From: Podarcis tiliguerta
Taxonomy: Eukaryota
DNA length: 64,000 nt
Assembly: GCA_965153285.1 (NCBI GenBank)
Contig: OZ229113.1
Reading direction: 5' to 3' (one strand)
The notes under the pieces were generated by a model. That model saw nothing but the letters and a program-made list of their open reading frames with translations. It was not told the DNA's origin and did no database searches. Shown here piece by piece: positions 13,301 to 22,517 of the stretch (position 1 is the first letter of the stretch; each line of letters opens with the position of its first letter). The position numbers and the translations under genes are program-made.

Positions 13301-15325
13301 GCTATGGCTGAGATCAGTGAACTCTGGCTCCAGCTCACACACTCCATTTATATTCACATACTTGTTTTTCTTTTATCTGCCAGATTTATATGGCTAATCC
13401 ATAACGTAAGTTCTCTAGGCAGTTCACAAAACAAATGCAACATTTAAAATACCATGCAAAATAATCACGATACAAATAAAACAACTGAAAACAAAAAACA
13501 ATTAAAATGCAGGTGTCAAAACTAAGGAGTGGACCATAAGACTTAGGACAGTGGTTCTCAATTTGAAAGTCTTCATCTGTCCCTGAAAAGGCCTCAAAGA
13601 GGGTGCTGGGCAAACCCCCACTGTAAGGCTGTTCCATAACAGCGGTACCACTTCCCAAAAGGCTCTGTTAGTTGCCCATCCCATGTTGTTGGTGGGGGCA
13701 GCCAGAGCAGGGCCTCTGAAGAAGTTATTTCCACAAAGTCAAATGTAAGTCATTTACATTACATTTATGTTCATATTTCCATTACTGAAATGCAACTGAG
13801 GCACTTAAACTTCTTTTTAATTCCATAAACAAACGCCAGGTCTAGTGATGGATCCTTTCTTGCTATTTCTTCTACGGATGGATATTGTTCTTTTGTGACT
13901 TTTGAAGAAGATGAGCTTGGAATACCACTGAAAGAGAAGCCAGCTGTAAGTGCCGGGACCCCCAGCACAGCTGAGAAAAAAATGAAAAAGGGCCAGTCTT
14001 CTAGTGTTATCTCCCCAGTTCCAAAACCAGTGGATGGCACTCCTCCTAATAAGACCATGGATCCAAGCAGTCCAGCTGTGCAATGCAAGACTCCGATAAA
14101 CAGCAAAGAGTTGCCCTCAACACCTATTGCTGTTAGAAAGCCCCCAGTGCCCTCTTTGGAAGAGAAGAAACCTATGCAGCCATCAAGCTCAAAAGCAAAC
14201 CAGCCCAGGAGGGTTACCCTTAATACCTTACAAGCATGGAGCAAGGCACCAAGGTGAGCTTAATGCAACCAGGCTCTTCTGGTAGGTATGAAACAGCCTT
14301 ACAAAGGAAATTCTGGCAGATGCCAGGAAGCATTGCCTGATCCTCAATGAAGCTTCTGTTCAGACTTCATTATATTTGTAGTACCATCTATGTACATGGT
14401 GCTTTATAAAGAACAGGTATGAGAGGTCCCTATCCCAGGAGTCTTACATTCTTAAACAGACACAGGGAAATGTCAAAGGAAGAAATGCAGAGATGGGTAA
14501 GCAGATTTAAGTGTAGAATCTCTAACAGGACTGAGCTCTAGCCATGGAGTCAAGGGAAGGGAGGGTTGGAAGGAGCCAGAGAAAAACAGATAGAGACATA
14601 GCATGAGGAATGTGGGAGTCTGGAAAACTCTGCATGTGTGTAAGGGTGTCGATGTCAAGCATTCTCAGTTTTTAAATATTTAATTGCTTTTAGGAGAGTT
14701 GCCTTAATCCCTCTAAATGCAGACACTCAAGACTCATCGCCTTCCGATCCCATCTCTACAACTGCTTCCACGGAAACTGTTCAACATGGTAAAATATCTT
14801 ACATCTGATAGCTTTTCAAAAAGTGTCTAATGAGTGTTGCTTTAACTGTATTTGCCTCCACAATTCATGATTGCACTGGGGGTTGGCATGGGCGGCACAG
14901 TAAATGTACCCTGCCCATTTTCATAAATTGGGGAGAATGTGTGATATTACTGTGAAACGGCAATGTTTGCCTGCTTGCGCAGCAGAAATCCACGTGCACA
15001 ACGGGACTTCGTGTTTCTCTTCTCCCCGCTTCACATCCCCCAAAACCTGCACCAGGTGTCCCCCAAACACTCCGGATAGGAAGGAGAAGCAACATAGTGC
15101 AAGTGGGCACCAAACATACGCTATGTTGAATCTTACCCACTGTCTTGTTTTCCCAGTAGTTTTAACCTTCTTAAAACCAGAAACCTAAAAATCATGATTT
15201 TCTTAATTATTTCAGAGAGGCCATCACCACCTGAAGACCCTTTGCAAAATCCACCACCTCCTAAGCGTCTTAAATCTGATGAAACTTCCATCTCTGAATT
15301 AACTGAAAATGAAAATAAAATGTAA
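2672..15325 (+). CDS. CHAF1B: Chromatin assembly factor 1 subunit B (CAF-1 p60), 13 coding exons, 565 aa: join(2672-2797,3736-3868,5123-5243,5818-5921,6945-7041,7443-7527,9017-9110,11126-11195,11288-11379,12401-12557,13840-14253,14694-14788,15216-15325)
   Basis: Manual splicing gives one ORF: [24 protein letters not shown]...[32 protein letters not shown]...[11 protein letters not shown]...[14 protein letters not shown]...[13 protein letters not shown]...PPKRLK. This is recognisably CHAF1B (WD40 propeller, S/T/P-rich tail, Asf1-binding B-domain motifs). All introns are GT-AG with consistent phases; total 1698 nt. Confidence 0.97.
3736..3868 (+). CDS. CHAF1B: CHAF1B coding exon 2 ([10 protein letters not shown]...ASGGD)
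   Basis: tag|ATA ... G|gtatgt; 133 nt. Confidence 0.96.
4178..4345 (-). mobile_element. Degenerate MIR/CORE-like tRNA-derived SINE
   Basis: ccccattttatcctcacaactaccctgtgaagtaggtcaggct...ggtttgaaccctggtctccca matches the typical minus-strand MIR-like signature (reverse B-box). Confidence 0.5.
5123..5243 (+). CDS. CHAF1B: CHAF1B coding exon 3 ([11 protein letters not shown]...WTVIKTLR)
   Basis: ttttcacag|AT ... AG|gtaaga; 121 nt. Confidence 0.96.
5818..5921 (+). CDS. CHAF1B: CHAF1B coding exon 4 ([11 protein letters not shown]...WDVSK)
   Basis: ttccag|A ... G|gtaatt; 104 nt; WD40 GH...WD. Confidence 0.96.
6009..6363 (+). mobile_element. Sauria SINE, full length (CHAF1B intron)
   Basis: GGGACGCGGGTGGC head, B-box GGTTCGAATCC, ACCTTT tail; possible TSD tacctggga. 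Confidence 0.93.
6945..7041 (+). CDS. CHAF1B: CHAF1B coding exon 5 ([11 protein letters not shown]...LSCDR)
   Basis: ttccag|GG ... AG|gtaagt; 97 nt. Confidence 0.96.
7270..7319. repeat. (AT)n microsatellite, ~25 units
   Basis: Directly visible. Confidence 0.97.
7443..7527 (+). CDS. CHAF1B: CHAF1B coding exon 6 ([16 protein letters not shown]...EGE)
   Basis: tttttatgtag|A ... GAG|gtcaga; 85 nt. Confidence 0.95.
8072..8313. mobile_element. Tc1/mariner (Tigger/pogo-like) MITE, family A
   Basis: TIR CAGT(C)GTACCTCGGGTTA / TAACCCGAGGTACCACTG, TA on both sides, internal TAACCTGAAG repeats. Same family as 20094 and 22287. Confidence 0.9.
8625..8865. mobile_element. Tc1/mariner-type MITE, family B
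   Basis: TIR CAGTGGAACCTCGGTTTT / AAAACTGAGGTTCCACTG with TA TSD. Confidence 0.88.
9017..9110 (+). CDS. CHAF1B: CHAF1B coding exon 7 ([19 protein letters not shown]...LLVP)
   Basis: ttcttcag|GTA ... G|gtaagt; 94 nt. Confidence 0.96.
10078..10217. mobile_element. hAT-type foldback MITE
   Basis: CAGGCATCCCCAAACT...AGTTTGGGGGTGCCTG with a palindromic body; flanks tcctaaat / ccctaatt. Same family as 31236 and 55518. Confidence 0.85.
11126..11195 (+). CDS. CHAF1B: CHAF1B coding exon 8 (AGCVESGEN...RKNLKR)
   Basis: ctttctcag|CA ... AG|gtacgg; 70 nt. Confidence 0.95.
11288..11379 (+). CDS. CHAF1B: CHAF1B coding exon 9 ([25 protein letters not shown]...)
   Basis: ttattag|G ... G|gtattg; 92 nt, following a 92-nt intron. 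Confidence 0.96.
12049..12300. mobile_element. hAT-type MITE
   Basis: Ends CAGGGGTCAGCAAAC / GTTTGCCTACCCATG; 8-bp TSD tcttttat / tctttcat. A second copy lies at 45124. Confidence 0.85.
12401..12557 (+). CDS. CHAF1B: CHAF1B coding exon 10 (...[14 protein letters not shown]...[10 protein letters not shown])
   Basis: cattttag|AA ... TG|gtaggt; 157 nt. Confidence 0.94.
13385..13720 (-). mobile_element. L2-like LINE 3' remnant
   Basis: gttccataac...ggtaccacttcccaaaaggctct matches the ggtgccactaccaagaaggccct motif at ~27860 and a similar motif at ~45590. Confidence 0.45.
13840..14253 (+). CDS. CHAF1B: CHAF1B coding exon 11 ([18 protein letters not shown]...[16 protein letters not shown])
   Basis: ccag|G ... 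AG|gtgagc; 414 nt; contains track ORF 13895-14257. Confidence 0.96.
14694..14788 (+). CDS. CHAF1B: CHAF1B coding exon 12 ([10 protein letters not shown]...ETVQH)
   Basis: cttttag|G ... G|gtaaaa; 95 nt; second B-domain-like motif RRVALIPL. Confidence 0.9.
15216..15325 (+). CDS. CHAF1B: CHAF1B last coding exon (ERPSPPEDP...PPKRLKSDE...NKM*)
   Basis: tttcag|AG; TAA at 15323-15325; basic PKRLK motif matches the KRPR-type C-terminal motif of mammalian p60. Confidence 0.9.
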
Positions 15326-15975
15326 AGCCACTACTAAAGTGCTGAACTTCAATGAATGCCTTGCCTGCAGAAAGCAAGAGTTGTCCAAAGAATACTTGCA
15401 AAATCCACATCATGTGAAATGGACTCCAAGCATTCTAAGCAAAAAGTTGACTGTGCAGTAGGCTCTTTAGAGTCTGCAGGTGTGGAAATCTCACCTGGTT
15501 GCAAATGTGTATTATTTCAGTAGTCCTTTACGCACTAAGTTGTCCTGGAAGTCTGTATCTGGCAGACAAAGGCTGCTTGAAATAAAGGGTGTCTGCTTCA
15601 CAAACTAACTTGCTCCATGCAGCCCTTCAGAATTTTGTGAAACTAATGCATTCTGCCTTCATTCATTCCTTCATTCATGTTATGTTATGTTATCTTCCTG
15701 TACCAATTAAATGCAAAATTAGAAAATACAAGCTTTTTCAGCTACGTGCAAATGACAAGGTGCCAGAGTTTTAGGGCAAGTCTTCAATGGGCAGTTATAT
15801 AAACTGGTTTGAAAACAAAGTTCAGAATCTAAAACTGCTACTTTTCTCTACATAAAACGCAGGCAAAGTTAATTTAAAAGTCTCATGGGGTTTTAATATG
15901 TCATGCAAATATTACAGATAGTTATACTTCCTTTCTACTTAAGAGTGCTTAAAAAAACATGAAAGAGGTTCCAAT

Positions 15976-16061
15976 AATAAAAATACGTGAAAGGTTTTTG
16001 TCGTTTGTGAGTGCTTTTATGCTTGCTAAGAATAGCAATATGATGCAGTGATTGGAATAAA
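15976..16061 (+). terminator. Candidate CHAF1B polyadenylation signals
   Basis: AATAAA at 15976-15981 followed by a GT/T-rich tract, and AATAAA at 16056-16061 followed by a T-rich tract. A further AATAAA lies at 15581. Confidence 0.55.
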
Positions 16062-16453
16062 AAGTTGAACATATTAACTTTCCTGTCCATGTTTTCTCTG
16101 GAATTTTGTTTCATTCATTCCTAGTCAGAGTGAGAAATCATACATGGGGGGACGGGATATATTTAGTTTCATTTAAGTATCCTAATGGAAATGTTTGCAA
16201 TAGATGCAAACGTAGTCTGCAGCAGTCTGAAGTAGATGGTTAGACTAACTTTAAAAAATTAAGGGTGATAGACTATTTTTGTTCTTGCAAACTGAGCAAA
16301 TTCTTAAACTACTGCTGTGGTGAAATGCTGTACATGTTTATGTGGAAGGAAATCATGCAAGCTTAAAGCAACTTGTTTTCATGTAAATCTGTATATGGCT
16401 TCAGCCTGAGTCCTGTTTCACATGAACACTAAGGTTCACTCAAGCTACATGTA

Positions 16454-16693
16454 CAGTCATACCTCGAAAGTCGAACGCCTTGCGAGTTGAACATTTTGGC
16501 TCCCAAACGCCGCAAACCCGAAAGTGAGTGTTCCAGTTTTCAAACGTTCTTTGGAACCCGAATATCCAACGTGGCTTCTGATTGGCTGCAGGAGCTTCCT
16601 GCAGCCAATCGGAAGCTGTGCCTTGGTTTCCGAATGTTTTGGAAGTCGAACGGACTTCCGGAATGGATTCCATTTGACTTCCAAGGTACACTG
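16454..16693. mobile_element. Tc1/mariner-type MITE, family C
   Basis: TA|CAGTCATACCTCGAAAGTCGAA ... TTTGACTTCCAAGGTACACTG; internal palindrome gattggctgcagga-gct-tcctgcagccaatc. Confidence 0.8.
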
Positions 16694-17613
16694 GTTGAAT
16701 CTCAATGACAGATGTTGTGATATGGCAATTCCTTTCTACAAGGCATCATAACTCCCCCTGCCCCCCACATTCCACTACAATCTCAAGAGGCATAAAATAA
16801 AACTACAAGGATGTACCTATCACATACAAAGAGGCTCTTATGCAGCTGCTGCAGCTGCTACATATATTCAGTTTCCAACAACTTCCACTATGCTTGATTG
16901 GCTGTAATATTGTAACAAGTTTTCATATACAGTATTAAATGCATGAGGTAAGCTGGAGAGAGAGAGATTATTTAGAGTACATCCAGAATCAATCAAGTTA
17001 GACTTAATGAAAACATGCAGGAATGCAATTAAAATCATATATGTAGTTAACATAAATACACTTATTGCACAGATAGTAAACTCTAATATCAATATGGAAT
17101 AATGATTTCTTGTAGTTCAAAGCTTGAGAATAAGGAACGGATTTATGAGTCACTCTCCTTTTTGCTTAAATATACTGACCATAGCTGTCCAACAGATAAT
17201 ACTTAGGGAGTTTGAAAATTACTAATGGGACAGTATTCAGTGTCCTGTCTATCGATTATATTACACAGGGAGTGCCCTAATTGTCCCATATGACTTAAGG
17301 ACATGGTTGGCATGTGAGTGGGATATGATAGTGCAAAATGGGGAGGTGAATAAGGTCTCAAATATATGGTCCTGTGGTGATTAATATTTTTTTTTTAAAA
17401 AAAGAATCTTTATCTAACTTAGTGTGATCCTGTTGCTACCTGAAGAGTCCTAGGATGTGGCATGCAAGCCACTTGTGATGAGGGAGCGCATGGGGATGTA
17501 GGTCTCCCTCCTACACCTGTGGACCACCATGCCTGTTCTGCCAGTGGGGTTTCACCAATGATACAGGTGAAACCTGGGCCTGTTCAGGATATGCATGGAT
17601 CTATCAGAACCAA

Positions 17614-17956
17614 GGGACGCGGGTGGTGCTGTGGGTTAAACCACAGAGCCTAGGACTTGCCAATCAGAAGGTCAGCGGTTCAAATCCCCTCAACGGGGTG
17701 AGCTCCCATTGTGCGGTCCCTGCTCCTGCCAACCTAGCAGTCCGAAAGCACATCAAAGTGCAAGTAGATAAATAAGGTAAGGTAAACTGCGTTTCCATGC
17801 GCTGCTCTGGTTCGCCAGAAGTGGCTTAGTCATGCTGGCCACATGACCCGGAAACTGTACGCCGGCTCCCTCAGCCAATAAAGTGAGATGAGTGCCGCAA
17901 CCCCAGAGTCGGTCACGACTGGACCTATGGTCAGGGGTCCCTTTATCTTTACCTTT
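17614..17956 (+). mobile_element. Sauria SINE, full length
   Basis: Head and tail as the other copies; TSD tatcagaaccaa / tatcagatccaa. Confidence 0.93.
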
Positions 17957-19101
17957 TATCAGATCCAAAGCTCCTTTATTCAGTTCCCTGCAAAGACCAG
18001 CACTGGCCCTGGTGCAGTTTGTTCTTCCCACCCATTGTACCATATTGGTTTCCTACTATTACTATGTCTTACTGCAGTTTCATTTGTATATTTATTTTAT
18101 GTAAACTGCCCTGAGACTTTTGGGTAATGTATCTCAATAATAAATAAACTGGAATCAAATTGGGGGGGGGGGGGAGAGTTGCCCTTTCTGGAAGCCGCCC
18201 AGAGTGGCTGGGGGAACCGGGTCAGATGGGTGACATATAAATAATAAACTATTATGTTAATATGTTCTCACCCCAATTGCAACGCACAGGCAGGGCAATT
18301 AATGTGGCAGCTGCTCTGCTGATGGGTTACTGCACCCACATGTAAAAGGTACTGTAAACTTGAATGGTTAGTTCTCAAACAATCTTATAGTAAGCATTAA
18401 ATAAAACATGAAGTTTACAATTAAAAACCCAATGTTGTATAGAAACAGAATTTATTTATTTATTAATTTACCGTCCCCAAGAGAACATTGTGCCTTGCTG
18501 ATTTCTTTATCTTGACATCATTTACAGTATTTCCTTTAGTTCCAGACTTGCACATTCCTGTCCTAAAATATGCAAGTGGCTAGAATATGGAGTACTTAAT
18601 AGATCAGTATAACATTGCATTTGTATAACATTGCAAAAAGTAACATTAGGGCTGGTTCAAGCTGCAGGTGATCTGCCAATGCTCTCTTCCTTTTCCTTTG
18701 ACTTTACTGAACCACAACAGATGGACAAAGCTGCTGTCATGAATTTTTTCCCATTATGGCATTAGCTATTTCAGTTTGTCCATGTACAATAAAATGTACA
18801 AGCAAGTCTCTTTATACAATGTGCATTTAAAAAATACCTTATGGCATTCCTTAATCAAAAACAGACAACATGTTTGCAGAATGCAGAGAAAAGTGGGTGT
18901 GTAAATAGCATCTGGCCACTGGGTGTCACTGTTTAACAGGAATACGGTTTGAAGGGGTTTGTATGGGAGCTGAATGTTGCCACCAACTACTGTAGTTCTA
19001 AGTTGCATCCTAGGTGCACCAAACTAGAAAGCTTATCTAATGCAAGACTATGACTACATGCTACTTTGGGGGGTGACTATATATATATATATATAGCCAA
19101 C

Positions 19102-19460
19102 GCGGACGCGGGTGGCGCTGTGGGTAAAAGCCTCAGCGCCTAGGGCCTGCCAATCGAAAGGTCGGCGGTTCGAATCCCCGCGGCGGGGTGCGCTCCTGTC
19201 GTTCGGTCCCAGCGCCTGCCAACCTAGCAGTTCGAAAGCACCTCCGGGTGCAAGTAGATAAATAGGGACCACTTACCAGCGGGAAGGCAAACGGCGTTTC
19301 TGTGTGCGGCTCTGGCTCGCCAGATGCAGCTTTGTCACGCTGGCCACGTGACCCGGAAGTGTCTCCGGACAGCGCTGGCCCCCGGCCTCTTAAGTGAGAT
19401 GGGCGCACAACCCTAGAGTCTGTCAAGACTGGCCCATACGGGCAGGGGTACCTTTACCTT
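19102..19460 (+). mobile_element. Sauria SINE, second subfamily
   Basis: Diagnostic gggtaaaagcctcagcgcc and gtgtctccggacagcgctggcc segments are shared with 48424. TSD TATATATAGCCAAC at 19088-19101 and 19461-19474. Confidence 0.93.
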
Positions 19461-20093
19461 TATATATAGCCAACATGTCTGCATGTATATATAGCCAACA
19501 TGTCTGCAATTTCAAGTGGGCCAGCAAAATGGACATTTTATTTTTTTATCTTTGCACTGTTTTACTTCTTAAAAGAGGCCTTAAAGTCGTCAGAAATGTC
19601 CAGTTCACAGTTGTTCAAACATTTCACAATTGCTTTGTCCCACTGTGCTTAAAAATGTTTTTAATACACAATTGCTCTGTAGTTAGATTTATAGTGTTTG
19701 TTTCCTCAGTAACTGAAAGGTTGGGCTTTTTCTTTAGGGTTGTGTCCCACAAGGTTGCTGGCAAACCAAATGCATGTTGGAAACTTTCAGAAAACAATGA
19801 AGCAATGGTTTATTTTATGTAGGCATGGCCAAGGAAATTTGGGAATACATGTGACTTGAGCCATTGCATGTTATACTCAAAGGCATTTTTCCCTTTGATG
19901 GATTTCACACGTCAATGTAATATGTGTATTGCTAATTCACGTGATATATTTTTCCTCAGATGTCTACATTTGCAAAACATCTTCTGCAGTCACTCTTTGC
20001 CTTTAGCGTGTGAACAGATCTGCTATACTTAAGAGAAGGAGGTGGTGATGGTGATCAATCCATGATCCACATTTTGGTAATGCTATATTATTA

Positions 20094-20587
20094 CAGTGGT
20101 ACCTTGGGTTAAGAACTTACCGTATTTTTTGCTCTATAAGACTCACTTTTTCCCTCCTAAAAAGTAAAAGGAAATGTGTGAGCGTCTTATGGAGCGAATG
20201 CAGGCTACGCAGCTATCCCAGAAGCCAGAACAGCAAGAGGGATTGCTGCTTTCACTGCGCAGTGATCCCTCTTGCTGTTCTGGCTTCTGAGATTCAGAAT
20301 TTTTTTTTCTTCTTGTTTTCCTCCTCCAAAAACAAGGTGCGTCTTGTGGTCTGGTGCATCTTATAGAGCGAAAAATACGGTAATTCATTCTGGAGGTCTG
20401 TTCTTAACCTGAAACTGTTCTTAACCTGAGGTACCACTTTAGCTAATGGGGCCTCCCGCTGCCGCCACACGGTTTCTGTTCTCATCCTGAAGCAAAGTTC
20501 TTAACCTGAGGTACTATTTCTGGGTTAGCGGTGTCTGTAAACTGAAGCGTATGTAACCTGAAGCGTCTGTAACCCGAGGTACCGCTG
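20094..20587. mobile_element. Family A Tc1/mariner MITE interrupted by a nested element
   Basis: TA|CAGTGGTACCTTGGGTTAA ... TAACCCGAGGTACCGCTG|TA. It is colinear with 8072-8313 once 20120-20382 is removed. Confidence 0.9.
20120..20380. mobile_element. Tc2/pogo-like MITE (CCGTA termini) nested in the family A MITE
   Basis: TIR CCGTATTTTTTGCTCTATAAGA / TCTTATAGAGCGAAAAATACGG; TA duplicated at 20118-20119 and 20381-20382. Confidence 0.9.
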
Positions 20588-20769
20588 TATTATTATTATT
20601 TGTATTAAATTTGTATACCTTTGTCCACAGATCTCTTCACAACATAAAAATACATGATAAAAACACAAAGTACATAATAAGAACAAAACAAACAAATTAG
20701 TAAACCCCACTCCCCCCCCCATCCCTTCCAACAAAATTTTTCTGAACTGTTTTGGAAAGAACATCCCTT

Positions 20770-20917
20770 AAGAGGTTGTGGGTTCTCGTTCCTTGGAGGT
20801 TTTTAAGCAGAGGCTGGATGGCCATCTGTCTTGAATGCTTTAGCTGAATTTCCTACATTGCAGGGAGATTGCAGGGAGATGACCCTCAGAGTCCTTTCCA
20901 ACACTGCAATTCTATGA
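20770..20917 (+). mobile_element. CR1-type 3' end fragment
   Basis: ccttggaggtttttaagcagaggctggatggccatctgtc...tcctttccaac...attctatga is the typical CR1 3' terminus (ATTCTATG). Confidence 0.65.
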
Positions 20918-22286
20918 ACATATTTGGAGGTCCCTACCTCTGAAAAAACACAACTCTGAAATAAAAATAGAAATCAAACCTGATCTTTCAGGCCTTCTAC
21001 AATGGCAGGCCCAGAGGAGTGGAACCATTATTCCTTTGTAGACTGAAGTAGGCCCTGTGCAAAGGGGGCCCCTTGAGGGAACCAGATAATTTGCCAGGCA
21101 GTTGAACCATAAATATTAAAAATAGGAACCAGCAACGTTTATGCATCACAGTCCATTTCAAGCAAGGCCTCTCCATTAAACTCTGGTAAATGGAGTCCAT
21201 TTTTGATGAAGGCCAGGCAAGGTGGCCTTTTCTTTTTTTGCCAAAGTAATTATCATCTTGACAAACTCTGCAGGATTATTTTCTCAATGAGCACATTTAA
21301 TATGAAACATGCAGGTTTGCTCCAATAAGAGCACATTCATATTTTTAACACCCTAGGCTTGTCCAAAATGTACTTGGCTCGGCTCCTGGGCAAGGAACAC
21401 TTTTAAGGAGGAAATGTTGGGCTGCAATTATAGTTGGCTAAAGCACATCAGGCAATATGAACAGCTGTGGGATGCCTGTTCCTCTGCAATAAGGAAGGTT
21501 GTTAAAATTTTGACGTTACTTTGATACTTTTAATTTTCTTTCTACAGCAAGCCCAAATATTCTGTTAATGACTTTTTCATAGGGTTATTTATTTTAAGAA
21601 AAAGAGGCCAGCCAAGCACAGCAGGTAGTTAATACTCCATTCAGATTGTCTGCCTGCTGTGCTGAAATAGGGCAGGAGCGATCAGCTGCACTTCTGTGAG
21701 ATTCTGCAATTAACCTACTGGTTAATCGGTGATTAACCTACTGTTAATGTTCACAGCTACTTGGAATAAATTGATTTGATTAGAAACAAAACCCAGATAA
21801 TTTAGCTCACCTTCTGGAGAAATAACCTTTCTGGTACAGAAAGGCAACGCTCCTTAAATCAAACAATGTATATTTACAGTCATACATTACATGGTGAATA
21901 TTACTTTTTGCCTACTAAATGCAATGATCCTAATAATAAATATTTACAGTCATTGATTACCAGAGCCCCATGCAGCTGTTACCAATAGGGAAATGTAAAC
22001 ACAGGGAGTAAGGAATGAGGGCAATAGCTCCATCCCATCGCCACTTTCCAACACATAGTAGGCGGCTGAAGAGGAAGCCTTCTGTATCCATGGAGGCTCC
22101 CAACACATTTTAGAACTGTGGTTCTACAACACACAGGGAGCTCTGACTATACAAAAGGCTCCCTGCTTCAGGTAGTTGCCTTCAGATAGGGCGAAGGCAA
22201 GGGGCACAGAGCGATCTCATCTCTGCTTGCTCCCCTTTCTGTTTCCCATGACTGTATAGAACTAAACACATAGATGAATCAAAATA

Positions 22287-22517
22287 CTGTGGTACCTCGG
22301 GTTACATATGCTTCAGGTTACAGATGCATCAGGTTACAGATGCCGCTAACCCAGAAATAGTACCTCGGGTTAAGAACTTTGCTTCAGGATGAGAACAGAA
22401 ATCGTGCAGTGGCAGCAGGAGGCCCCATTAGCTAAAGTGGTGCTTCAAGTTAAGAACAGTTTCAGGTTAAGAACGGACCTCCAGAACGAATTAAGTTCTT
22501 AACCCGAGGTACCACTG
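22287..22517. mobile_element. Family A Tc1/mariner MITE, opposite orientation
   Basis: Reverse complement of 8072-8313; TA TSD. Confidence 0.9.

Noticed and set aside
13771-14244. 157-aa minus-strand ORF
   Set aside because: It is the antisense shadow of CHAF1B coding exon 11, with no independent support.
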